Positions 9,469 to 18,367 of a stretch of 64,000 nucleotides of DNA are shown piece after piece. Every line of letters starts with the position of its first letter. Within the stretch, counting starts at the first letter, position 1. The stretch comes from an uncultured Chloroflexia bacterium (lineage in GTDB: Bacteria; Chloroflexota; Limnocylindria; Limnocylindrales; CSP1-4), in contig CAVSKY010000006.1 in the NCBI GenBank assembly GCA_963728745.1, positions 673,030 to 737,029 on the forward strand. Reading direction: 5' to 3'. The position numbers were made by a program, and so were the translations under genes. The notes below the pieces were generated by a model. That model ran no database searches. It had not been told where the DNA came from and saw only the letters and a list, made by a program, of their open reading frames with translations.

Positions 9469-10377
9469 ATGGACGACGTGCTGCTCAGCCAGGTCGAGGG
9501 ATTCCTCGAGACCGCCCGCCATCGCAACCTCAGCCGGGCGGCCGACGCCCTCCACGTATCGCAACCGGCACTCACGGCGCGCATCCATGCACTCGAGGCC
9601 GAGGTGGGCACGCCGCTCTTCGTTCGGGGCCGGCACGGCATGGAGCTGACCGATGCGGGCCGAGCGTTCGTTCCCTACGCCGAGCGAGCGATCGGCGCGC
9701 TCGACGCAGGCACCAGCCTGTTGTCCGAGCTTCGGCGGGGCGGGGCCGGGGAACTCGTCCTGGGTGCCGCGCCGGCAGTCAGCACGTACGTCCTGCCGGC
9801 GCTCCTCGTCAGATACACGCGGCGCTACCCCAAGGTTCGTCTCGTGGTGCGCACCGGTCACTCCGAGGAGATCCTCGATCTGGCGCTCCGTCGGGAGATC
9901 GACCTCGGCCTGGTTCGGGAACTGCGTCATCCCGACGTCGAGATGCGACCGTTGTACGACGACGAGCTGGTGCTCGTCGCGGCGGGCAGCCACCGCTTCG
10001 GGGATCGGACGACGGTCGGGATCCACGAGCTGGAGGGCGCCCGCCTGATCCTGTTCGACCGGACATCGAGTTACTACGACCTGACCAACGCGTTCTTCCG
10101 GCAGGCCGGCGTGGCGCCCGGCGGCGTGATGGAGCTCGACAACATCGACTCGGCCAAGCAGATGGTCGGCCAGGGCCTGGGGGTCGCGCTGCTCCCGCAC
10201 ACGTCGGTCGCGGCGGAACTGGCGGACGGTCGACTGCGAGCGATCGACATCGAGGGCGCGGCCCCGATCCGGCGGCGGATCGTGGCGATCCGCAGGCACG
10301 ACATCGGCCCGCCGCCCGGTCCCGTGGCGGGGTTCCTGGAGGTGCTCAAAGAGGTCGACCAGGTCCTCCCGCAGTAG
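9469..10377 (+). CDS. LysR family transcriptional regulator
   Basis: N-terminal wHTH LSRAADALHVSQPALTARIHALE. About 300 aa with a typical LysR substrate-binding domain. ATG 9469 is preferred over TTG 9451, which lies inside the palindrome. Divergent from aceA. Confidence 0.9.
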   Translation: MDDVLLSQVEGFLETARHRNLSRAADALHVSQPALTARIHALEAEVGTPLFVRGRHGMELTDAGRAFVPYAERAIGALDAGTSLLSELRRGGAGELVLGAAPAVSTYVLPALLVRYTRRYPKVRLVVRTGHSEEILDLALRREIDLGLVRELRHPDVEMRPLYDDELVLVAAGSHRFGDRTTVGIHELEGARLILFDRTSSYYDLTNAFFRQAGVAPGGVMELDNIDSAKQMVGQGLGVALLPHTSVAAELADGRLRAIDIEGAAPIRRRIVAIRRHDIGPPPGPVAGFLEVLKEVDQVLPQ

Positions 10378-10413
10378 CAAGGAGGGTCCGGCGACCGGTG
10401 GGGCCTGCGGGCG

Positions 10414-11106
10414 TCAGCCCTCGTCGGTGGCGTCCGCAGGCGATTCGCCGCTCGGGGCCTCGCCCTCGGCAGCCTCGCCCTCGGCGCCCTCCTCGCCTTC
10501 GAGCTCTTCGCCCTCGGCGACGACCGGCTCTTCCTCGATCTCGATCCTCGGCGCCTGGACCTTGGCGATGATCTCGTCGGGATCGGTCAAGAGTGTGACG
10601 TCGGATGGGATATCGAGGTCGCGAACGTGGATCGAGGCGTCGAAGTCGACGAGCGAGTCGACCGCGTACTCGATCGACTGCGGCAGGTGATCCGGTAGCG
10701 CCTTCACGCGCACGGTCTCCGTCGGGTGGAGGAGGGTCCCGTTCAGCTGCTCGACGGCATGGGAGATGCCGGTCGCGACGAGCGGCACGTCGACGGTCAG
10801 CTCCTCGGTCATACGCACCAGGAAGAGATCCGCATGAAGCGGACGCCGATGAACGGGATGGACCTGGACCGCCTGGACGAGCACCGGGTTGGAAGCCTTG
10901 CCGTCGACCGACAGGTCGATCAGCGCGTTCGGGCCGGCATGCTTGCGCAGCTGGTCGAACTCGTGCGCGTCGACCGAGACGTTCGTCGACTCGAGGCCGT
11001 GCCCGTACACGACCGCCGGAAGGCGGCCTGCCGTGCGGAGGTGCTTGACGGCCTTGCCGGTGACCTCGCGGGGTTCGGCGGCCAGCGTCGGGCGGGCGGT
11101 TGCCAT
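10414..11106 (-). CDS. rplY: 50S ribosomal protein L25 / general stress protein Ctc
   Basis: Block REVTGKAVKHLRTAGRLPAVVYGHGLESTNVSVDAHEF, followed by the beta-barrel domain and an acidic E/G-rich C-terminal tail. Confidence 0.9.
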   Translation of the reverse strand: MATARPTLAAEPREVTGKAVKHLRTAGRLPAVVYGHGLESTNVSVDAHEFDQLRKHAGPNALIDLSVDGKASNPVLVQAVQVHPVHRRPLHADLFLVRMTEELTVDVPLVATGISHAVEQLNGTLLHPTETVRVKALPDHLPQSIEYAVDSLVDFDASIHVRDLDIPSDVTLLTDPDEIIAKVQAPRIEIEEEPVVAEGEELEGEEGAEGEAAEGEAPSGESPADATDEG

Positions 11107-11302
11107 CGATTGAGACCTCGGGTGTTCGTTCGATCGTCAGTGTTGCGGGCTGCGGCTCGCCGGCGGGGCCGGTTTGGCGAGGCGCCCGGAGCGCCCCGCA
11201 GGATACCACGAGGCCTGCCGCATTAGGTGCGCCGGCGTTCGACACCGCCGGCGCCCACCATGCGCCGGGCCCATTTGGCTGCCGAGGTATAGCATCGCGA
11301 AC

Positions 11303-12001
11303 GTGGCTGCAACGATCCTGATCGTCGAGGACGAGCACGCCGTCGCGCGCGGCATCCAATACGCCCTCCAGCAGGAGGGCTATGACGTCGGCGTCGCTCG
11401 GTCGGGCGAGGAGGGACTCGAGATCGCGACCCGCGAGGCGCCCGATCTCGTCGTGCTCGACGTCCGGCTTCCGGGCATCGACGGCCTCGAGGTCCTACGC
11501 CGCGTCCGCGCAGCGGGCGCCAAGATGCCGATCCTCGTCCTGACGGCTCGCGACGATGAGGTCGACAAGGTCATCGGCCTCGAGCTGGGTGCCGACGACT
11601 ATCTGACCAAGCCGTTCGGGCTGCGCGAGCTGCTGAGCCGTATCAAGGCATTGTTGCGCCGCTCATACGGCGATCTCGCCGATGCGGCCGGCGGACGCGT
11701 CCTTCGCCACCGGGACCTTGTCATCGACCTGGAACGCCGACGCGTCCAGCGCGGGGAGCGGCGCATCAGCCTGACCCCGACGGAATTCGAGATCCTGCGC
11801 CACCTGGCGGCGCGACCCGGCCGCGTCTATACGAGGGGTGAGTTGCTCGAGCTGCTGCGCGATTACGAGGCCCTCGACCAGGACGAGAAGACGATCAACG
11901 TCCACGTCAGCCATCTCCGGGAGAAGATCGAGGACGATCCGGCGGCGCCTGCGTTCGTCCTGACCGTCCGCGGCGTCGGTTACGCCTTCGCGGAACGCTG
12001 A
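11303..12001 (+). CDS. OmpR/PhoB-family response regulator (MprA-like)
   Basis: GTG 11303 gives VAATILIVEDEH. Receiver motifs DLVVLDVRLPGIDG and LTARDD. Winged-helix C-terminus LTVRGVGYAF. The longer TTG-initiated ORF has an implausible Arg/Pro-rich N-terminus. Confidence 0.9.
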   Translation: MAATILIVEDEHAVARGIQYALQQEGYDVGVARSGEEGLEIATREAPDLVVLDVRLPGIDGLEVLRRVRAAGAKMPILVLTARDDEVDKVIGLELGADDYLTKPFGLRELLSRIKALLRRSYGDLADAAGGRVLRHRDLVIDLERRRVQRGERRISLTPTEFEILRHLAARPGRVYTRGELLELLRDYEALDQDEKTINVHVSHLREKIEDDPAAPAFVLTVRGVGYAFAER

Positions 12002-12008
12002 GCCGAAG

Positions 12009-13720
12009 GTGCCCAGGCGTTTCCACTGGCTGCGCCGGCTCCGGCGACTGAAGCCGCGCACCTTCCAGGCCCGGCTGAGCGTGGCCTTCGTCACGGTCAT
12101 CGCCGTGACGCTGGGCATCGTGTCGATCTTCGTGGTCAACCGGCTCGATGACTACTTCACCCGTCAGCAGAACACCGACCTTGACGAGCGCGTGACCACG
12201 GTCAGTGCGTTGGTCCGGCAGATCACCACGAACGCGTCGCGAGGATCGCCGGTCATCACCAGCGACGGCCTCGTCGCTCGGCGTGTCCGCGACGAGCTGG
12301 AAGATCCCGCAGGTCCGCAACCTGATCGCCGACCAGTTCGCGCAGGCCGATGTCATCGTCCGGATCGGGATCACGGTCGGGGTCGAGGGCGAACTGCCAC
12401 AGTTCCTCCCGGCGTCGAACGGCATGGTCTTCATGCAACGCCAGGCGCCACCCGACCCTGGTCAGTCGCGAGAACGCACGTCGCGCACCCGCTACGTCGC
12501 CGGCGGCCCCGTCACGTCAGCGGTACACCATCGAGATCACGCTGGCCGATCCCTACACGTATCGTGCGACCGCCATCAACAACGTGACCGGACTGCTCGC
12601 CGCGATCGGGCTGTTCGCGCTCGGCCTGGCGGTCGTCGTATCGGCGACGCTGGCTCGCCGGTTCACGACGCCGCTCCGCCAGCTGACCGATGCTTCGCGT
12701 GCGCTCGCCGAAGGCGACCTCACTCGCCGGGTACCGGCCGCCCAGCTCCGAGCCGGCTCGTCGGAGCTCGGGGAGCTCGCGGTCCAGTTCAACACCATGG
12801 CCGATCGACTGGCCGAGAGCGTCGAGCTGATCCGGCGCGATCGCGATCGGAGCCGCGACTTCCTGGCCGATGTGTCGCACGAGCTACGGACGCCGCTGGC
12901 CGCCCTGCGCACCTTCAACCAGCTGCTGATGGAGGGTGCCGGAAACGACCCGGAGGCCCGGGCCGAGTTCCTCGAATCGAGCGCTGGGCAGATCGAGCGG
13001 CTCGACTGGCTCGCCCAGAACCTGCTCGAGCTGTCCAAGCTGGACTCGGGGCTGGTGTTGCTCGACCTGCGCCCCGATGACCTCCGATCTGCCATCGAGT
13101 CGGCGACCCACCAGCACGATGCGCTGGCCGAGCGTCGGGGAGTGACCGTGCGTCTGGACCTGCCCGATGTCCCGATCCGGATCCGGCATGACCCACCGCG
13201 GATCGGCCAGGTCGTCGGCAACCTGGTGGGCAACGCCGTCAAGTTCACGCCGCGAGGCGGCATCGTATCCGTGTCGGTCGAGCCGACCGACGACGGCGCC
13301 CGGATCGACGTCACCGACACCGGCGTCGGCATCGACTCGAGTGAGCTGCCCCGCATCTTCGAGCGGTTCTACCGCGGCTCGCGCGCGAACGAGGCCCGCG
13401 GAGCGGGCAGCGGCCTGGGGCTCGCCATCGTCCGCTCGATCGTCGACATGCACGGTGGGAGCGTGACCGTCGAGAGTGGGCCGGGCGCCGGCAGTCGCTT
13501 CACCGTCCACCTGCCGCGCGACCCGCGCAGCGTGGCTGGCTCGCCGGCCGCGGAGCAGGCCGCCGTTGCGACTGCGGCCGAGGGCAGCGAACGGATCGCG
13601 GCTGCGGCGGCGAGCGGGTCGGTGGCGGCGTCCTCAGACGCCTCTCACGATGGCTTGCCCAACATGACGGAAACTTCACCGTCCGACGCGCCGCATGTGA
13701 ATCCGGCTCCGGCACCGTAG
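12009..13720 (+). pseudogene. sensor histidine kinase (MprB-like), disrupted by two +1 frame changes in the extracytoplasmic sensor region
   Basis: Frame 0 (12009 to ~12300) carries TM1 ARLSVAFVTVIAVTLGIVSIFVV. Frame +1 (~12301 to ~12508) reads KIPQVRNLIADQFAQADVIVRIGITVGVEGELPQFLPASNGMVFMQRQ. Frame +2 (~12509 to 13720) carries TM2, HAMP, the H-box DVSHELRTPLAAL, and N/G boxes (GNAVKFTP, DTGVGI, GSGLGLAIV). Each abandoned frame turns into Arg/Pro-rich nonsense. Confidence 0.85.
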
Positions 13721-13787
13721 ACACCGACGGATGCCCCCAGATCGCCGCTCACCGGCCGGGGCACCGAGAAAAAGGACCAGCACCACG

Positions 13788-15170
13788 ATGAGCGACTCCC
13801 GACCCGACGACGCCGATATGACGCAGCGCCATCAGCTGCCGACGGAACCGACGCGACCACCAGTGGTCCGCGCATCCGGCGATGCCGACGACGTCGGCGT
13901 GCCGCCCCCGACGGCTCGGCCCGAATGGACCCGCCACGATGAACCCGCCCAGTCGCCCACGCCGGAACGCTGGTACGAACCGGCCGCCGCAGTGCCGCCG
14001 ACGCCGGTGACCCACGGCGCGGTCACGGGCACGAAGGCTGGCCGTAGCGGTCTGGGCACGGTCCTTGGCGCCGCGCTCCTGTCGGCGGTGCTCGCCTCCG
14101 GCGGCACGCTCGTCGCCCTCAACGCGACCGGTGCGCTCGATCGGCCGGCTGCCGTGGCGACCACCCCGACCACGACCACCGTCGGGGCCAACAACCAGCC
14201 GGTCACGATCGACGAGTCGTCCGCCACGATCAACGTCGCCGCGAAGGCCAGCCCCGCGGTCGTCCGCATCACCGTCAACGGCAGCGTCGACACCTCGAGC
14301 GGGATCATCCCTGACACGGGCGTCGGCTCGGGCGTCATCTACGATGCCGGCGGCTGGATCCTGACCAACCGCCACGTCGTCGAGGGCAGCGACACGCTGT
14401 CGGTCGAGCTCAATGACGGGCGCGTCATGCGCGGCACCGTCTACGGCATCGATACCCTGACGGACCTCGCGATCGTGCGGGTCAGCGGCAGCGATCTGCC
14501 GGTGGCGCAGCTGGGCGACTCCAGCACGCTCAAGGTCGGCCAGCTCGTGGTCGCGATCGGCAGCCCGCTGGGGACGTACTCGAATTCAGTGACCAGCGGC
14601 ATCGTGTCGGCCAAGGGCCGGACCATCCAGACAGACGGCAACCAGAACCTCAACAACCTGATCCAGACCGACGCCGCGATCAATCCCGGCAACTCCGGCG
14701 GACCGCTGCTCGATGCGGGCGCCAACGTCGTCGGTATCAATACCGCGATCGCTGCGGACTCCAACGGCATCGGGTTCGCGATCCCGATCGACATCGCCCG
14801 ACCGATCATGGAGCAGGCTTTGGCCGGCCGGCCGCTGGCACGCCCGTACATGGGTGTCGTCTACCGGCCGATCGATCGCCAGTTCGCCGATGCCAACAGC
14901 CTGCCGGTCAGTGACGGCGCGCTCGTCCAGCCGGGCGGCACGCAGAACTCGCCGAGCCCAGCGGTCGTCGCCGGCAGCCCGGCGGACCGGGCGGGCATCC
15001 GCGAGGGCGACATCATCGTCAAGGTCAACGACCAGGCCATCGACGGCGACCATCCGCTCGATGCGACGCTCAGCGAGTACGCGCCGGGTGACACCGTCAC
15101 GCTGGCGCTGTTGCGCGATGGACAGACCACCACGGTGGAGCTGACGCTGGGGACGCGCCCGGATCGTTGA
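13788..15170 (+). CDS. HtrA/DegP-family trypsin-like serine protease with PDZ domain (PepD-like)
   Basis: TM anchor GTVLGAALLSAVLASGG. Catalytic contexts ILTNRHVV (His), TDLAIV (Asp) and GNSGGPLL (Ser). C-terminal PDZ (GIREGDIIVKVNDQAI). The start could also be ATG 13731. Confidence 0.88.
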   Translation: MSDSRPDDADMTQRHQLPTEPTRPPVVRASGDADDVGVPPPTARPEWTRHDEPAQSPTPERWYEPAAAVPPTPVTHGAVTGTKAGRSGLGTVLGAALLSAVLASGGTLVALNATGALDRPAAVATTPTTTTVGANNQPVTIDESSATINVAAKASPAVVRITVNGSVDTSSGIIPDTGVGSGVIYDAGGWILTNRHVVEGSDTLSVELNDGRVMRGTVYGIDTLTDLAIVRVSGSDLPVAQLGDSSTLKVGQLVVAIGSPLGTYSNSVTSGIVSAKGRTIQTDGNQNLNNLIQTDAAINPGNSGGPLLDAGANVVGINTAIAADSNGIGFAIPIDIARPIMEQALAGRPLARPYMGVVYRPIDRQFADANSLPVSDGALVQPGGTQNSPSPAVVAGSPADRAGIREGDIIVKVNDQAIDGDHPLDATLSEYAPGDTVTLALLRDGQTTTVELTLGTRPDR

Positions 15171-15554
15171 TCAGCGATCCTGGCGATCACCGGCTGATCG
15201 GCGGCGCCAGATCTCGACCGAAGCGTGGTCGAGCGGCCCGCCGAGCTTGACCTTCGGTTTGCGTACGCGGACGCCGACCTCCTGGACGTCGAAGGCGACC
15301 AGCACCTCGTGGCTGATCGCCTCGGCGATGGCCTCGAGCAACCGGAACGAGGTCGCCTCCACGACCTGGCGGGCGATCTCGTACACCCTGCCGTAGTCGA
15401 CGGTCTTCGTGAGATCGTCGTCGACGCCGGCCGGCTGGAGATTCATCACGAGCTCGACGTCGATCTCGAACGGCTGGGGCGTCTGCAGCTCCCAGTCGTG
15501 ATAGCCGTGGCGGCCATCGAAGCGCATGTTGGTCAGGACGATCCGGTCGCTCAG
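15171..15554 (-). CDS. folB: dihydroneopterin aldolase
   Basis: FolB-like sequence SDRIVLTNMRFDGRHGYHDWELQTPQPFEIDVEL...DYGRVY. Family-like residues extend upstream of the first ATG (15527). The only plausible initiator is CTG 15554-15552, 6 nt after GGAGGGAGG, overlapping the folP stop as CTGA. Confidence 0.8.
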   Translation of the reverse strand: MSDRIVLTNMRFDGRHGYHDWELQTPQPFEIDVELVMNLQPAGVDDDLTKTVDYGRVYEIARQVVEATSFRLLEAIAEAISHEVLVAFDVQEVGVRVRKPKVKLGGPLDHASVEIWRRRSAGDRQDR

Positions 15555-16450
15555 GCTGGGCCTCCCTCCGGGTCGCTCCGCCAGCGGCCACGGACGATGG
15601 CATCGCTGACGCGCGCGACGCGCACGTTCGCCTGGACATCGTGGACCCGCACGAGATCCGCGGCGGCCGCGATCGCGAGGGCGGTCGTGGCCAGCGTCCC
15701 CTCGAGCCGCCCCTCGGGCGGCAGGCCGAGGATGCGCCCGATCGTCGACTTGCGCGACGTACCGACCAGGATCGGCCGGCCGAGCGATCGCAGTGCCTCG
15801 AGGTGGCGCAGCAGAGTGACGTTGTGGTCGGCGGTCTTGCCGAACCCGATCCCGGGGTCGATCAGGAGGTCCGCTGGCGCGACACCGGCCTCCTCGGCGC
15901 GCGCGACGGCTGCCGCCAGGTCGTCCACCACCTCGCGGACGACGTCGTCGTAGTGGGCCTCCGCCCGGTTGTGCATGATGAGGAGCGGTACACCGGCACT
16001 CGCCGCCAGGTCCGCCATCCCGGCATCCTGTCCCGTGCCCCAGATGTCGTTGAGCAGGTGCGCGCCCGCCGCGAGGGCCGCCTCGGCGACGACCACCTTG
16101 GTCGTGTCGATGCTCAGCGGGACGTCGGGCAGGGCGTCCGTGACCGCGGCCACGACGGGGATCACGCGCCCGATCTCGTCCGCGGCATCGACCGGCGCGT
16201 GACCCGGGCGGGTCGACTCGCCACCGATATCGAGCAGATCGGCGCCCTCCTCGACCATGCGCCGCGCCTGCTCGACCGCTGCACCGACCGGGTCGGTGGC
16301 TCGCAGCAGGCCATCACCCGAGAACGAGTCGGGCGTCACGTTGAGGATGCCCATCACGAACGTCCGTTCGCCCCAGCGGAATGTCACGGGTCCGATCCGG
16401 GTGGGCGGCGGGGACGGCAGGGTGGCCGGGTCGTTGCGTTGGGTGGTCAT
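15551..16450 (-). CDS. folP: dihydropteroate synthase
   Basis: Pterin-binding signature GILNVTPDSFSGDG and later DIGGESTRPG. ATG 16450 overlaps the folC stop (ATGA). The longer ORF upstream is Arg/Pro-rich junk. Confidence 0.92.
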   Translation of the reverse strand: MTTQRNDPATLPSPPPTRIGPVTFRWGERTFVMGILNVTPDSFSGDGLLRATDPVGAAVEQARRMVEEGADLLDIGGESTRPGHAPVDAADEIGRVIPVVAAVTDALPDVPLSIDTTKVVVAEAALAAGAHLLNDIWGTGQDAGMADLAASAGVPLLIMHNRAEAHYDDVVREVVDDLAAAVARAEEAGVAPADLLIDPGIGFGKTADHNVTLLRHLEALRSLGRPILVGTSRKSTIGRILGLPPEGRLEGTLATTALAIAAAADLVRVHDVQANVRVARVSDAIVRGRWRSDPEGGPA

Positions 16451-17787
16451 GGTGCGGGCGGGTCGCGCAGCTCCGGATCGTCGACGAGGTGTGCGCGCAC
16501 GGCACCGACAAGATAGAGCGAGCCCGCCACGACCGTCGGTCCGCCACCGCGTCGCGCGACCGCGAGCGCGTCGAGTGGATCGGGGTGCGACTCGACCTGG
16601 GCGCGCCCGCCGAGGCGAGTCCGCCAACGCTCCGCCAGCACACCGGCGGGCATGGCGCGAGTCGCATCGACCGTGGTCGCGATGACCGTCGCGCCGTCGA
16701 GCGCCGGGCTTCGGGCGATCGCCTCGATGATCCCGTCGACGTCCTTGTCGGCCATCGATGCGACCACCAGGGCCAGCGGCCCAGGGGCGAGATACGGGCG
16801 GAGATCGTCGATGGCCTGGGCGAGCGCTGCCGCGCCCGCTGGGTTGTGCGCCCCGTCGAGCAGGATCTCGTCGCCGTCGACCGTGAGCAGCTCGAGCCGG
16901 CCCGGCCATGAGGCGGCGGCGTACCCGGCCCGACGGGCGTCCGCATCGGTGGTCGCGATGCCGGCCTCGTCGAGGGCGTCAAGCAGCGCGTCGGCGACGG
17001 CGACGTTGGCCGCCTGGTGCCGCCCGCGGAGCCCGACTCGAACCGCGCCGAGGCGGGGCAGCTCCACTCGCAGCCCGTCGCGGTCCCAGCCGAGGAGCGG
17101 GGCCGGCCGGACCTCGGTGAGCGGCACGCCGAGCCGCCGGGCCCGCCGCCGGATGATCGGCAGGGCCTCGCCGTCCGCGCCCGTCACCGCCAGGTCGCCG
17201 CGCTCGATGATGGCGGCCTTCTCGCGGGCGATGGCAGCGACGGTCGGACCGAGTCGATCGGTGTGGTCCAGCGCCACGTTCGTCACGACCGCGACGCCAC
17301 CGTCCCAGGCGTGGGTCGCGTCCAGCCGACCACCCAACCCGACCTCCACCAGCGCGACATCGAGGTCGGACTCGGCGAAATGCCGAAACACGACGGCCGT
17401 CAGCAGCTCGAACTCGGTCGGCTCCCCGTGCCGCCGGGCGACCCGGTCGGCCACGGCCAGGACGGCCCCGACGTGCCGCGCGAAGTCGGCCGGGCTGATG
17501 GGCTGGCCGTCGACCGTCACGCGCTCGCGATAGGACACGAGATGCGGCTTCGGTGTCTCGCCGATACGCAGGCCGGCGGCGCGCAAGGCACTGCCCGCGA
17601 TTGCCAGGACGCTGCCCTTGCCGTTGGTCCCTGCCACGAGCGCGCCGCGGACCTCGTGCTGGGGATCGCCCAGCGCCGCGAGGAGGGCGCGCGTCCGGCC
17701 CAACCCGAGCCGGATCCCGAATCGCCCTCGCGCGGCGAGTGCGGCGAGTGCCTCGTGGTAGTCGGGGGCTGCCGCGCTGGCCGTCAC
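16447..17787 (-). CDS. folC: bifunctional folylpolyglutamate synthase / dihydrofolate synthase
   Basis: Mur-ligase P-loop VAGTNGKGSV and blocks GETPKPHLVSYRERV, EVGLGGRLDATH. GTG 17787 overlaps the upstream stop (GTGA). Confidence 0.9.
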   Translation of the reverse strand: MTASAAAPDYHEALAALAARGRFGIRLGLGRTRALLAALGDPQHEVRGALVAGTNGKGSVLAIAGSALRAAGLRIGETPKPHLVSYRERVTVDGQPISPADFARHVGAVLAVADRVARRHGEPTEFELLTAVVFRHFAESDLDVALVEVGLGGRLDATHAWDGGVAVVTNVALDHTDRLGPTVAAIAREKAAIIERGDLAVTGADGEALPIIRRRARRLGVPLTEVRPAPLLGWDRDGLRVELPRLGAVRVGLRGRHQAANVAVADALLDALDEAGIATTDADARRAGYAAASWPGRLELLTVDGDEILLDGAHNPAGAAALAQAIDDLRPYLAPGPLALVVASMADKDVDGIIEAIARSPALDGATVIATTVDATRAMPAGVLAERWRTRLGGRAQVESHPDPLDALAVARRGGGPTVVAGSLYLVGAVRAHLVDDPELRDPPAP

Positions 17788-18248
17788 TCGCGGGTGAGCT
17801 CGTCCTCGTAGAAGACGCACTGGTTGAAGCGCGGCGTCAGGCACACGTCGTTGACGTAGCCCTGGTCGAGGTGCACGCCGCCGCGCAGCTGACAGCGCGA
17901 GACGTTCGTGTCCTGACGGATGAGTGCCTTGAGCAGATGGGGCGCCTGGATCGGGATCGCCCCGCGGGACCCCGTCATGTAGAAGTGGGGACAGACGTTG
18001 CGTCGCAAGTTCGGCAGGCCGAAGCCCGGCCGCACGCCCATCGGCATGGTGGCAGCCGTCGCCGGACGCGCCGCGAGCGGCGATGGGGTGACGCGTGCGA
18101 TCGGCCCCAGGCCGAAGGCCGGGCGCCCGGGAGCGTTCGAGCCGGTACCCGGGCGACCCGATGGCGCGCCGGGGCGACCCGAGCCGGGGCCTGTGCGGTT
18201 GACCGGCAGTCCGGTCCGTGGATCGCGGGCCTGCAAGCGTCCTCCCAT
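17784..18248 (-). CDS. hypothetical protein: Gly/Pro-rich N-terminus and four-Cys C-terminal domain
   Basis: ORF is translationally coupled to folC (GTGA). C-terminus is NVCPHFYMTGSRGAIPIQAPHLLKALIRQDTNVSRCQLRGGVHLDQGYVNDVCLTPRFNQCVFYEDELTRE. The start is uncertain, with an internal ATG at MPMGVRPG possible. Confidence 0.55.
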   Translation of the reverse strand: MGGRLQARDPRTGLPVNRTGPGSGRPGAPSGRPGTGSNAPGRPAFGLGPIARVTPSPLAARPATAATMPMGVRPGFGLPNLRRNVCPHFYMTGSRGAIPIQAPHLLKALIRQDTNVSRCQLRGGVHLDQGYVNDVCLTPRFNQCVFYEDELTRE

Positions 18249-18367
18249 GCTGCGGGCGCGCCGCGTCGTTCGGCACGCGCGACCGCGCCAGAGTACAACG
18301 CACCGTCGCGCTCCGACATGACCGCAGCCATCCGCTAGGGGCGTCCGGCTGCCGGGCTGGCATCGGC

